Of a stretch of 64,000 nucleotides of DNA, positions 26,701 through 40,560 are shown one piece after another. Both the position numbers and the translations under genes were made by a program. Source of the DNA: Octopus bimaculoides (lineage: Eukaryota); NCBI RefSeq assembly GCF_001194135.2, contig NC_068982.1:89970476-90034475 (forward strand), given 5' to 3'. The notes under the pieces are model-generated. The model searched no databases, had not been told where the DNA came from, and saw only the letters and a list, made by a program, of their open reading frames with translations. Position 1 is the first letter of the stretch, and every line of letters begins with the position of its first letter.

Positions 26701-29348
26701 ATTCTACGCACCTTAATATACCTACATACATATATATACGCTTGCTTACGTAAGATGCTGGGCAGTGGGCATATTTCCAGATTTATATCAGATTAAATTT
26801 ACCTTTAATAGATCTCTATAGACAATATTAATGAAGTGTTTTCACTAAGTAATGGAAGTTTTTACAGCGATATTTGCTTTCTGTTAGATCGCCGAGGTTA
26901 TGCACAATCATATCAAGATGATATGTAGCTGATATTTTCATATGTAAATGGCGTCAGATAATTTTCCTACTGGATATATTATAAACACAGGTATACTAAC
27001 GTTAACCTCTTAGCCTCATTCGTTTCTTAGCTGGTAAGATTGAAACGAGAAGAATAAACTATTTTACTAAAGAAAACAATAATGGAAAGTGCAATATGAA
27101 CTCGTGAACCATGTGTCAGTCTTTTGATGTTGATGTTAACTAATCGACACAGTTATGACGTCTCTGAGTGCAAAAAATACACCCCTCTTTGTTCAGTGGA
27201 AATAAATATTCCCACTATTCTGGCAGGAAGAAGCAGCATGCAAAGTTATTTTGAAGACATCCAATGACATGATGCAAACAGATATAGTCAGATCGATAAA
27301 TGTCATATATCGATCGCTTTCTGGCGTTTTCCAAAACTTATAGCCGACTATGAACTACATCCATTATACCATACCCTGATCTAGAACGAACCTAAGAGGA
27401 TTTTATTGATCATGTTGTAAACGCCGCAGGTTATCTTTTTTGCTACCGATAAAAGGGTTATTTTCCTGTAGTTGCCATAGCTTGCTTTTTATATTTATTT
27501 TTCCAAATACATTAAGTTCACAATCTGTTGAACTGAATGATGACAACATCGAACATCTATGCAATTACATGATCATTAACATAGCTCTTGTTTCAATATG
27601 GCAACTTGCCATGTAAGATAGGGCTTACAGTATATTTGCACTAATAAACTATTGAATTGTTATACAAGGCGGAACAGGTAGCTTTTATTTAAGAAGTTGT
27701 TTGTTTATAAGATAAAGCAGTAAATTGGCAGTCTTTTGTAGGTCGGATAGAAAGAATGCCTTGCAGTATTTGTGCCGGTTGTCTGCACACTGAGTTCAAA
27801 TTCCACAAAGGACAACTTTGCTTTTCATTCCTTCAGATTTGATAACTATACACTCTATCTCCCCCTCTCCCTCTCTCTCCTCACCGACTCAGCTATGTTT
27901 TGTGGTGAGAATCGACGTGAAGGATCGTTCTCTGAAAATAGAGACGGGTAATGGAGATGGGTTAGCAACCTTGTCTCATAGAAGAGAAAAAATTATTTCT
28001 ACTTGAACCGTCGATAAAATTCCATGAATAAATATTTCCATTTATAAAGTACGTCCGCGATACAGAGATTGCTATATCTTGGATAATAAGATCTATGTAT
28101 TTGGACAAATAAACACTTCATCAACAAACCAATGAATACTAGCGCCTGGATGCGAACTTTCAAGATTTTAATCATAGAGCAACATTTTATGCACTTGAAA
28201 TGTTTAGAGATTATATAAAAACAGATAATTATAAATTAGTAACATTCTCCGTCTTTACTACCGCTCAGAAAGAAAATAATGATCAAGTAGTTTATAAGAT
28301 ACCATAAAATTTGACCACTTTCATGTGAAGCGTCATGAATTGAAAACTAAAAGTCACTACTCACTTCACAAAAAGCATTAAAAAAACTGGAATTTTCAAT
28401 ACACGATTCTTTATGTATTTTAAATTATTTATAAAGTAATAAATATTACACTAAAAACTCGTGGTGTAACCAACCAATGTTTTTTACTTTTTGCAGCAAG
28501 GTGAAAATACATACACATAAAAAATATATTACTTTACGTTTTTAATTATGCAGTACAATGTATTATTAGTTGATTAATTAATTAATTAATTGAACACGTT
28601 TGCATACGCTGTTAGGTAAATTAAGCGGAGAAGTTCGAGCTTGTACTCATGCTTCCTCTGATAAACGACTAAGAAGATAAAAACAAAAAAGTTCAGACGC
28701 GTCCCACTCTTTCTTCCCACGCAGACCAAAAGGAAAATATAAATAAAAACTGATGTAACAATTTAGTTTGCTTTGCATAGAGAGGCTATAATTGTGTTTA
28801 TCAAAATCATATACATTTCCAAGGCACACTGACATAAGCGCGGGTGTGGAGAGTGTGGTTGATGTCGGTGCATGACTGAGAGAGATTTATAGGAACATTC
28901 GTTTGGGTGTGCGTGCACATATTTCAACACTTTCATTATCAACAAAATTGAGGAATCATAGTAAATGAAATTATAGATAAACTAACAACTGCTCAGGGTG
29001 AAGTTGAGGTAACCTCGAAAATAAGATAAATGGCATTTTGTCTCAGAATGTAANNNNNNNNNNACACAAGGAAATAAACAGAGAGAATAAAAATAATTTT
29101 TTTAAAATGCTTTTTGAGTTAGCGGTCAGTCATGGCAACTGGATAGAAATGGGTATTTAAACAGGAGAGCTAGGAAGAAGGGGAGATAATAAAGTATTGG
29201 TGATCCCAAAACGAAGGTGTATGTGAGAGTGTGTAAGTGTGTGCGTGTGGATAGGGGCTGATGTGGATGCTGAGAAGTGGTCAGTGCTAGTGTGTGCGGG
29301 ATGGTGTGATGTGGGAGTGGGATGTGTGGGGGTGGGGTGGATAGAGGT

Positions 29349-29555
29349 GTCTGTGTTTGTCCCCTGACCATCGCTTGACAACCGATGTTGGTGTGTTTAC
29401 TTTTCCATAACTTAGCGGTTCGGAAAAAAACACTGATAGAATAAGTCCTAGGCTTACAAAGAATACGTCCTGGGGCGATTTGTTCGACTAAGATGCAGTG
29501 CTCTAGCATGGCTGCAGTCAAATCACTGAAGCAAACAAAAGAATAAAATAATAAA
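29349..29555 (+). mobile_element. SINE family B, 3' half
   Basis: catcgcttgacaaccgatgttggtgtgtttac…cagtcaaatcactgaagcaaacaaaagaataaa. Confidence 0.85.
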
Positions 29556-29573
29556 AGAATATATATATGCATA

Positions 29574-29612
<39 letters not shown>

Positions 29613-31787
29613 TTGAAATAAAGATGTATTATTGCCGTTATTAATAAGGTAATAAGGTGGCCAGCAAGTTCACACCATTACAGGCACAATATAAGGCACA
29701 TTTAGATATTGTAGGGTTAGGTTTACTGTCTAGATAGTGCTTGACATATANNNNNNNNNNNNNNNNNNNNNNNNNNNNNNNNNNNNNNNNNNNNNNNNNN
29801 NNNNNNNNNNNNNNNNNNNNNNNNNNNNNNNNNNNNNNNNNNNNNNNNNNNNNNNNNNNNNNNNNNNNNNNNNNNNNNNNNNNNNNNNNNNNNNNNNNNN
29901 NNNNNNNNNNNNNNNNNNNNNNNNNNNNNNNNNNNNNNNNNNNNNNNNNNNNNNNNNNNNNNNNNNNNNNNNNNNNNTGTGTGTGTGTGTGTGTGTCCAC
30001 GACTGTCTAGACAATAAGCCTATCTTTTCCCTTAATGCCATGCTAACTGTAGTAAGTTCTTTTAGATTCTCTCACTTCCTAATATGGAGCCGTTTGGTAA
30101 TTGTAACACATCCTCTAGAGGTGAAGATAATTTTGATAGATCAAAGACTTATTTTGTTTGGTATTTCATATACTTATGTGTGCATGAGTATGCATGTGTG
30201 CTTATTTAATGATTATTATTACTTTCGAGCATGCATTCTGCTGTTATTCTAGTATTTAGGCAAAGTGATTTTCAATAGTCTCCTCCGACAATTGAGGAAT
30301 CTATAAACAAAGCTTGCATTTCGATACTAGATAACCATCACCGTGATGTAACAGCAATTGCTAATCACACAAGTCCGCGTGGAATAGATGTTAGTGCTTT
30401 ACAGGAAAAATATGAATATGGCTATGACAAGACAGAACTTATACAGAACACTCCCACACACGTACACATACATACATACACAAACACGTGTCTGTGTGTG
30501 TGTATGTATGTGTGTGTATATGTATGTATGTATGCATGTATGTATGTATGTATGTATGTATGCATATATGAGAGATAGAAAATGGAATTCATGTAACACC
30601 TTATTCAGAACCACTACGATCGTTTCGACTCCTCATGCTCCCTTACCTTACAGATGAGATGCCTCCATGCTTTGTAGGTACAGATGCGTGTCCTTAGGTG
30701 AACTATGGAGTTTGAGAGTATACTACTCTAACTAAAACGTATTGTTATAGAAATAAGTGACACAACAAGTATAATGCAAGGTAATACTTTATGTAAATTC
30801 ACGTGAGGGGATGCATCTGTACCTATTATGCATGACAATTGGGTGTACAACATCTCATCAGTAAGGTATTCATGCATGATGAGTTGAAGCGATCGCAGTG
30901 GTTCTCAATAAAGAATTCCAATTTCTATCTCTCATTTTTTGTATATAACCTCTACGGACAAAAAGGAATAACTAAATTGAATCCAGTGGCATACACCTCC
31001 ATACTGCATATTGTTGTTTATATCAGGCAGCCGAATACTGTGCACGCATTTTAAACAGCGTACTACGAGGTGTATACTCGAATATAAACCTATATAACAT
31101 TCAGACTCTTTATAGAAGATGAGATTGAGATTTTATTGTCATGTTGTCGATTTATTCGGCAAAATTCCGACCATGAAGCAGATGTTACTGGTTTACATAA
31201 TTACCAACAGCAGATTATTTTTGACCTCATCTGATGTAACTCACTATAGATGTATAATATACCTGTTAGGCTTGGACACTCAGCGAAACGCCTAAAGCAC
31301 AGTTTAATACATCGCAATAGCCAAGCCCGAAGTCTTGTCCGCTCGGACACTTCGCTTCTACTACAATAACAGTAACAATTTATACAATAATATATTATAA
31401 CCCACTCAATATATCCATTAGCTATGAATAGAGTAAGTTAGAGACTTAGAATATATAAAAATTCGATTGGAGTTTAGTGTAGAGAATAGGATGAATATTT
31501 TTGATGATACGCCACAGGAAACAGTTTACAATAATCTATAAACATTACGGAAGTGCAATAATTAATAGATCAATAAAACTATATGATTCAATATACATAC
31601 ATCTACGCGCAAATGTGAATGCATAAACACACTCAAATTTATAATGAGTGTGTGTGTATACACACACATATATGTATGGGTAAATAAAGTGTGTTTATAA
31701 ATACCTCTGTGTACATACACATGTATATTCAAGTCTATATACACCCATGCGTAGATATATGTGCATATGCATGTGTATATTTTTCTT

Positions 31788-31822
<35 letters not shown>

Positions 31823-31892
31823 NNNNNNNNNNNNNNNNNNNNNNNNNNNNNNNNNNNNNNNNNNNNNNNNNNNNNNNNNNNNNNNNNNNNNN

Positions 31893-31948
<56 letters not shown>

Positions 31949-32299
31949 GCGTGTGTGTGTGTGTGAGAGAGAGAGAGAAAGTGGGACTGTCCAGTAAATG
32001 TTTCCAATCTCCAAAATACAATTAACTCTGAAATTCATGAATATATATATTTACTTATATCAAAAATATCGTTATATATTTTAGACATTAAAATATTTTT
32101 TATCATTTTATTGATATGATCCACTGACTTTATGACAATTTCAATATACACTCATAACTTTTAGATATATATGAAATGTCGAAAAGGCTTGTGTGTTCAT
32201 CGTTTATTGAATGATGAAGCCAATAATGATTTTAACTTGTTCTATTTTGGGTTAATTTCTTCGTGTAACTCATCCCTTTCTAAATAACATTTTAGGAGA

Positions 32300-32458
32300 T
32301 TACTTGCGTTCAAATTTCGCCGAGGTCAACTTTGCCATTCATCCTTTCGGGGTCGGTGAAATAAGTACTAGTAGAGCACTAGGGTCGATGTTATCAATTA
32401 ACCCCATAATCAAAAAAGGAAAATTCTAAGCCTTTTGCTTATAGTTGAAAGAATATTT
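32300..32458 (+). mobile_element. SINE family A, 5'-truncated
   Basis: ttcaaatttcgccgaggtcaactttgccattcatcctttcggggtcg. Confidence 0.8.
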
Positions 32459-33558
32459 TAGAAATTCTGAACTCGGCTAACGACTAAATGCCAGTTGTTG
32501 GTTTCAATGAAATTAGCCATGATTGAACAGTTTTATGCCAATGTCATAGCTGCACATACCGCCCCGTTTTCTTTTTAAATGTTACGTGGAGCCAATGGTC
32601 TAACGTGTTCTTTCTTTGTGTAAGATAGTAAGGTGTGATTTGAAAGAAATTTTAGAGCTACTTTTAGATAGTCATGTGATTACGTAGAGGCTAACTTGGT
32701 GCAAAGTCGGTAGTGAATAAATATCATTGATGACAGAGCAGTGTGCAACTGATGGAATGTGAACTGTGTCCAACACTATATTGATGTAGTTCTCTCTAGC
32801 AATTATAAGGCAATCGTTGCTATCTATCTATTATATGTAAGTCTGTGAGTTGCTGTAAATTTATATTTGAAGATCATTAGGCGTGTTAAACTTTGGCAGT
32901 AGCAATTATTATGGTGCACCATTGTCTACTTTAACTGCTTCAGTTGTTTGTGACCCAAATAATCTTGAAAATATCGCTAATGCGTCTTTAATGTTTTTAA
33001 TACATTTCCTGCATTCGTATTCTAATAACCTCTGTATTGGATGTTTCATTTTCATATCAACCTGATCTATATTCTTAAAACTTTTCTTTGAAAATATTAT
33101 ATTTATCTACTTGTCTTCTACAATTATTTTTTTATTTTTGATTTTATACATACTGGGTATTTGATTCTGAACGATTATTTATACTTTGTTTTATTCTTCA
33201 AGTTAGTTTATTTTTGTTTTGGATATGTCCCTGATACATAAGGGAAATATTTCAACCCGTTATATTTCCATAACATTATCTCACGAAATGGTTTTGTAAA
33301 TATATAATTTTGTAAATATAAAATAATAAAAATTATAAGAAACGATCGTAATATCAATATCTTGGTTTCTGTCACTATTTTTTTAATGGGATTTTTTACC
33401 TTCGTTACAGCCTAATTTAAAATATACACACCTTTTTCTATTGTTTAGTGCACAAGATCGGAATATATCGGTTTAAGATGAATTGGATATTGATGCCTCT
33501 TTCTCATACGAATGTGTCGTACATTTGAAGCACAACACCAACTGCGTGTGTCTGTTTG

Positions 33559-33596
<38 letters not shown>

Positions 33597-33606
33597 NNNN
33601 NNNNNN

Positions 33607-33642
<36 letters not shown>

Positions 33643-34859
33643 GTCAGTATCGAACAAGGAGAACGTATGCGCAACACTGTAGTGGTGGATAAAAAATCTG
33701 TATTTATGGGTTAAGGCTACCATTCGTTTCCTGTTAAGAGAAAAATTCCTTCACATTTATCAAACTTGCCATATGGAACATCGCTGTTCGTCTCCATATC
33801 TATATAAATATTTACCATTCATTACTCTAAGATACTGATACCATAGATAGTAAAATCGATTGACGTTCAGTTAGTATTTTGTATAGTTTAGCTTTAGCTT
33901 TTAACGAGAAAATTTTATTTGGGTCGAGCTCCATAGAGATACAATTACGAGAAAGAATGACGTGTGAAAATATTTAATACAACATATGGGAAGATGGTCC
34001 AACAAGAGTGAAGTCGAGTTAACCTAGTGGTGTCTAGTGTGAACGGTATGGGGTTATCACATCGATAGCCGTAGACTACATTCTGGACAGAGTTATAAGT
34101 GGAGACATCGCTCAACTCTACGTGAAATATCGTAGCGCTACTGATAACGGTCTCCTTGCACAGCCATATCTTTTCAACAGCGCACAACATCCCTTAGTCT
34201 ACAGACGCACCGTTTTATCTCTATTCATACACTCCTAAAGTAAGGGAGGCGCTTCTTGTCGTCCGAAGCTGCATATGGCGTATTACCACCGCCAAAGGTC
34301 ATTCAAAACACGTGTGTCATCATCATTCGTGATCTCTACATTCGGTTTTACAACGATAGCCATCTACTAAATGTGTTTTTCTAATTCCTTCTTCTAGAGC
34401 TCTAACTCTCTGAAATCCTGTCATATTTTCTCAGAGACGTCATTCTACTTTAGTTCACGTTGACCCTCATGGTAGTGTATTCAAACCGCGTGGGTACGGA
34501 TACCACACCCTTTTCTTCTACAATATAATGCTTATTAACCAATGAGAAAACCACTTCCTCATCACAGTATGCATGAACTAAATTCCTTCATACACTCTAC
34601 AGTGTTAATAAATTACAGATACACTGGGGGCAATGTCATGGACATGTAAAAGACAGAGTGGTCATGGTTGGAAGCACTTTTCCTCATATACCTGTCTACT
34701 CAGACAAGGTTAATTTGGGGCTGAACAACAGCAGCAACAAGCATAAAACGTATTTAGTTTAGCCTCTCCCCTTTATCTATACATTTATACTGTTTCAACC
34801 ATCTTACATGAAACTACGGTCTATTAATCAGGAAACCAATAAAGTAGAAAGTGATTTCA

Positions 34860-35187
34860 TCGATCGATTAATATATGATGCAGTTCATACATAGGGTAGC
34901 TTGTAAAATATTATAAGAGAGTAGCTTTTATAATTATATAAATACGGTAGCTTGTGCAATTATAGAAAAGGGAAGCTTTTAATGAAGCAATTTGCATAAT
35001 TATATAGTGTGGCCTGTATCCATATTTAAGTATGGCAGCTAGATTGTATCATTATGTAAACAGGGTAGCTGTATATATATATATATATATATNNNNNNNN
35101 NNNNNNNNNNNNNNNNNNNNNNNNNNNNNNNNNNNNNNNNNNNNNNNNNNNNNCATATATGCACACACATACATATATATATATGTA

Positions 35188-35223
<36 letters not shown>

Positions 35224-36920
35224 GTATGTATAATGTGTATTGACTTCTGTAATTATATAAACTGAGAGAAACACCGACCTCAGGCAAATTTTCCTCTGAT
35301 TTTATGTAATATATTATCTCGTTTTCTGTTTCTGTATAAAGATATATAAATACGTTCTCAAATGTGCTTTTTTACCAACTTTAAAATGGTAAGTCGTGAT
35401 CGTGATTTGAGGAAAATATGGCTTCTATGTTTTGCAAGTCCAGTGACCGCACATACACTTTACGTCATTGGTTCCGCGTACATTTGACTGTTGTTGTTCA
35501 ACTCCGGATGGAACCGGTTAAAAATAGTTTTTCCATCATCACTCTGTAATCACTAATCAACAGAAGCACCATTTCTTGTCTGCTCTACTTCTGCCATATG
35601 AGAACAGCGGCTGGTCACGTACGCCGACAACTAGATTGTTCAATATATCCGTCATTTAAGGTAACAGTTTGTGATGCATGGTCGATGTGGTTGCTATTTC
35701 CAGCAAGTCGACAGGTAATATAAACGTTCCTTAGTTGAAATCCGGACCGGCTAATATACATCAACATATTGTTAGACAGTGACACAGCAATCACAAAACA
35801 ATTCTCTCTTTGTCTCTTTCCCCACCTTTCTTTAATTTGTTTCATTACTTCAAAAAAAAAAAAATGGTCGATGAAAATAACGGTACGAGGCACGATTTAC
35901 TTAGAGGGGAGGCAATGAGTGGTAGAGAAGGATTGCTATTATTTCAGTTACACATAATGCATGAGCTCCATATTAATAAGAAGAGCGTGCATAACTTGTA
36001 TAATTAAACTGGGTATCTTGCATAATTATATAAATAATCTAGCTGTGTAATTATACAAGCAATACAGTTTATATAATTATATAAATATAATAGCTTCAAT
36101 AATTACAGAAATAGAGTCGTTTCTATAATTATATAGAGAAGTGTTGCTGTATTTCACGGTTTAGTTCAGTCGATCGCAGCTGACATTTCTGTGTGTCTGT
36201 CTCTCTCTTTTTCTCTCTCTCTCTCCCCTCTCTCTCTCTCTCTCTCTCTCTCTCCCCTCTCTCTCTTTCTCTTTCTCTCTTACACTATTCTTTCATTCCT
36301 TCTGAAAGTAGGTTGGTGTACAAAGCTGTATGAGTTATGAGCTTCTTTTGTTTCATTATTTTAGAGAATTACTTCAGAGAAATGTTAAGTGTAAGAAGCG
36401 GTGCAAGATACGGGATACTAAGAAGCGGTGTGATATGCGGTGAGAGCAAGGGCTGCCAGTCTTTTAGCTACACATGCATAAATAGTTTCATAAGCTCCAT
36501 TTTAATTAGGATAGAATAGATCGTATAATTACATAAATAGGATACCTTATATAATTACACAAATAGTGTATCTATGTAACTATACAAGTAGTATGGCTTA
36601 TCTAATCACACAAATATATTACCTTCTTTAATTATTTGAATAGAACCACTTCTATAATTATATAAACTGTGTAATGAGGCGGCAATATAGTGTTTGGCAC
36701 AGTTGATCGTTTGTGATGTATGTTTTGCAGTTGCCGAAATACGTAACTTGTAGTAAGAATACATGAACTGTGTCCGGTTGAACGAAACCTTGACATGCCG
36801 TAACAATAGGTTCTATGACAGGTTCTATAATCATAGAGAGTGGATAACTTCTACAAAATTATTGAAATAGTATAACTTATATAATTAGAGAAACAAGGTA
36901 ACTGCTATAATCCAATAATT
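34860..36920 (+). repeat. Interrupted degenerate ~25-27-bp minisatellite (ATAATTATATAAATAGGGTAGCTTGT-like)
   Basis: Recurrent ataattatataaata/tagcttgt units at about 34870..35075, 35990..36140 and 36510..36920. Confidence 0.65.
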
Positions 36921-37250
36921 CGCTATGGAATGGAAGCTGAGCCGTGTGCTAGATATTGATCAATAAATAATAAACGACATCTGCTTTGTTTATCGCCACA
37001 TCAATATGGCTGTTCCGTAGGAATCGACGTTACTACCGTTTTTAACCCCAGGAGGAGCCTCCTCCAACTAGTTTTCGACGTAATCTGCACCCGATGTATA
37101 TTGCATACCATACAGGGGCGGGAACACCTACCACCTTCTAGCAGATGACGGCATCAACAGACCGTACGGTTTCGGGCTATTTGTGCCCATCGTCAGTGGT
37201 GAATATCCGTCCGCTAGAGATATCAGTCATTCACTCCAACTCGCAATATA
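36920..37250 (-). mobile_element. Probable Penelope-like terminal repeat or retrozyme-like fragment hosting the hammerhead
   Basis: GC-richer island in AT-rich surroundings that contains the HHR below and the palindrome GGAGGAG-C-CTCCTCC (37051..37065). Boundaries are approximate. Confidence 0.5.
37154..37202 (-). ncRNA. Type I hammerhead ribozyme with palindromic stem III
   Basis: Minus strand reads UCACCA-CUGACGA-U-GGGC-acaaaua-GCCC-GAAA-CCGUACGG-UC|UGUUGA. The core is intact, stem II has 4 bp, the ACCGUACGGU palindrome forms stem III, the triplet is GUC and stem I pairs 5 of 6. Confidence 0.85.
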
Positions 37251-37806
37251 TAAAAAAAAACTAAGCGACAATCAGTTACTGATCTCGCAACAAAGTAGCT
37301 GGTGAGAAAATCTTTTTAATACGTTCGGTGGTTAGTGTAGTACTTACGTGTTTCAAAAATACGTGTATCTAAATTATTATATCGTTTAAGTAGCGTATAG
37401 CATGAGTAGAAAATAATCAATAGCAGATTTACAATGTGCTCAGAGAAAATGTTTAACTTGTTACAGCAATTATGAGGATCCATTTTTAAAGGATAACGAA
37501 CATATTACATTACGATTATTTATTCCATATGGAATCAAGGGTTGTTGGTAGTATTTAGAAACTGAGATTGTCTAAATCTAAATACAATCCTCGACTTAGT
37601 ACTATGTGTGTACAGTTATTCTCATTATCAGTTAGATTAGACAGTCACTGTTTCAGACACTGTTTCTTTTTGTGTAAAATAACGAAGTGTTTGAAATGTA
37701 TTCGCGCAGATTCTCATAGATCGAGTATATATACAGATATAAATACATGTATGTGTGTTCCGTTGAATAAACAGGGAAATAAATCTCGCTGTATGCACGG
37801 TTAACA

Positions 37807-37851
<45 letters not shown>

Positions 37852-40152
37852 GGAAGGAAAAAGAGAGCGGGGAAGGAGGAAAGAGAAAGAGAATTTTAAG
37901 TCTGATACAGTCACAACATTTGGATAAAATATTTTCTTCAAATTTGATAATAAAAAAAAAATTCTGTAAATATCTTTTTAGATGAATATTAATGTAAGAA
38001 AATCAGTCTTCTTATATGTGCGAGAGAGAGAGTGAGTGTATGTATGTGTGTAGGGGAGGATTGAGCGTGTGTAGCATGTAGAGCTACTTCTACATCATAG
38101 TTTTGTATTATTGCCCAGGAAATTGAACAAGATAAACCGCATCGGACTCTCCTGTTGAAACAAAAGCGAAGATGGCGGTGTGTCAAGCGACATGTAGCAT
38201 CACCGGCGCTCTTCTTGCTTTGTAAAGGTATAGGAAAAAATTCATACTTTGTCTGTGAACATTACTTGTATTATTCTTTTCATGGTTGGTGTGGGTAGGT
38301 TCATGATGTTATCTTTCTCAAACACAAATTACACCGCTTTGAACTAATATTGCCTGAGGTGAATCTGTTCAAGATAGGCACGCAATGTCGATAAATTCAC
38401 CTTTTGCCAAATATCTTCAACAGCGATGTGTTGCTTTATTTGTGACTACGTTTGAAAGAGCTCGGCTCTTAAACAAGTTTTCTGCTAAACCGATATGAGA
38501 CAGTGTGTTATCATTATTTAGAGTTGTAATGGCGTGATATAAGATGTTGCTATCTATGTAGTGATTATCCAAGTGTCATAACTCAGTGTGTCGACTGTCA
38601 CATCGCCGCTTTATATCGTTTGAAGGATTATGAGTTTGTGCAACAAAATTATTAGTATTTTTATTATTTCACAGAAGAGATTCTAGAACAACTGGCTGTT
38701 CTATACTTCATTTTGAATAATATATAAAACATGCTACCTTAGCAGAAATATGTTGAAGAGAGAAAATAATTATTTTTGCCACGAAGGATTGCTGGATTGC
38801 ATCGAATCGTATTTCTCTTGTTGGGATCTGTTTTGTTATTTGTTGTGAATTATATGATAATATGTTTTAGAAATATTAGCAGAAAGATCGCCTTCCGAAG
38901 GTTATTATGCTAGTTGCTAAATAATATTTATATATTTGATTTCCAATTTGTGCAACTTTTCTGATATCATAAGTCTAAGTTCCCTTTTATTGTCTAGTAG
39001 AGCTCATTGATTCAGTAAGTTTAGGACATAACTACAGAAATATGCCCCACTGTCTTTATTTCGCTATAACTTTCTAAAGAATGGATACTTGTCAATGAAA
39101 GTTTCTATAAACAAGTTTCAGATAGTGTAGATTATGATTATATTGGAATTTAGAGTGAAAACCTTCTTTTGGAGGGCAGCTTCGGATAATTCACACGCAT
39201 CAAAGTTTTTCTCTCATTGCTTTCAGAAAAAATGTTTTTTTTTTCAATGGAATTTTCTACAAATGACTCTTAGATGGTTTAGATTACGATTATATACGAA
39301 AAGTGAAATTGGTAAGATGGATATTTCATGCATCTCGACTTTGTTTCCTCATAAGTTTTGAAGATGTAGATTACGATTATGTTGAAAAATATCTTTGAGA
39401 CTCACGTGATGTCTACAATTTCTATCTTACTAAACGATCACGTAGAGGACAGATCACTTTTGAGTTTGTGTAAAAGGGAAAAACTACGATTGTAATAATG
39501 TAAAGAAAGAAATATACATTCAATAATTAGTGCTAGCATTCTATTCACCTCTCTACAAAGACTTCACTCAGTGAAGTTTCGAGTAAGGGTGTCCTCAAAA
39601 TAGTCATCAAAAGTATTTTTATCAGTATAATTGTAATTAAATCATCGGAAGATATAAGAAATCAAAGTGAAGATGCATGAAATATCCCCCTTTCCATAAA
39701 ACATTGTCTAGACATATGTCTCGAAAGTAAGAAACAATTAGTAGCTGGTATCTTTATACAGGGTACATTAGATAAGACACACACACACACACAGGTACAC
39801 ACACACATATTTATTGAGAGAGGGAAGAAAGAGAAAGAAGAAAGAGAGGGAAGAAAAGGAAAAACAGGATGACACATGCAATTATATAAATGGAGAAGCA
39901 TTTATAACTCTATAGGTAGGTAATAATGGAGCTTGCGAATGATGATTGATTAGAGAGAATGCTTATGGTTATTCACAGTAATAATTAAACTTATAAACAG
40001 TCTGTTCACTGATGAATTTATTTCCATTTGCATAATTTAGTCGAGTGTAAAGTTTGCAAGAGACTGATTTTACAATCAGCCATGTTCACACATAAGTTTA
40101 AAGTAATGAAGAATGTAAGAATTTAGCGAAGAGTTATAACAGAATCCAATCC

Positions 40153-40197
<45 letters not shown>

Positions 40198-40309
40198 TTG
40201 TGTACACGCATACATAAGCAAATACATATACGTACGTATGTACATATATACGCTTGAAATTACAATGTTAAAATCATTGTATACTCTTCAGGAACTTTAA
40301 GCCGCAAGA

Positions 40310-40560
40310 TATTTCGGTTTCCGCGACGTTTAAGTGCTTGATAGTATACTCTTGAAAGGGATGACACTTCCTCGTTGGTTAAGCGATCCTCTTTTCCACT
40401 CCAGCTGACGCTGATACTGATTTACCGTTGAGTAGAAGGAAGTAACTTGAAATGAAGGACTGGCTTTCCCCAAGGACACAACGAGTTGCTAGATCCAAAA
40501 GGCGAACACACAACCTATAGATCATGAGTCCAAGGATCAATTACCTCACATTACCTTTCG
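40310..40560 (-). mobile_element. tRNA-derived SINE of a third family
   Basis: The reverse complement has a tRNA-like head, ttggactcatgatctataggttgtgtgttcg…gttgtgtccttgggg. Confidence 0.6.

Noticed and set aside
31262-31295. CTGTTAG-GCT…AGC-GAAAC hammerhead-like string
   Set aside because: It needs several core substitutions or indels and has no stems I or III.
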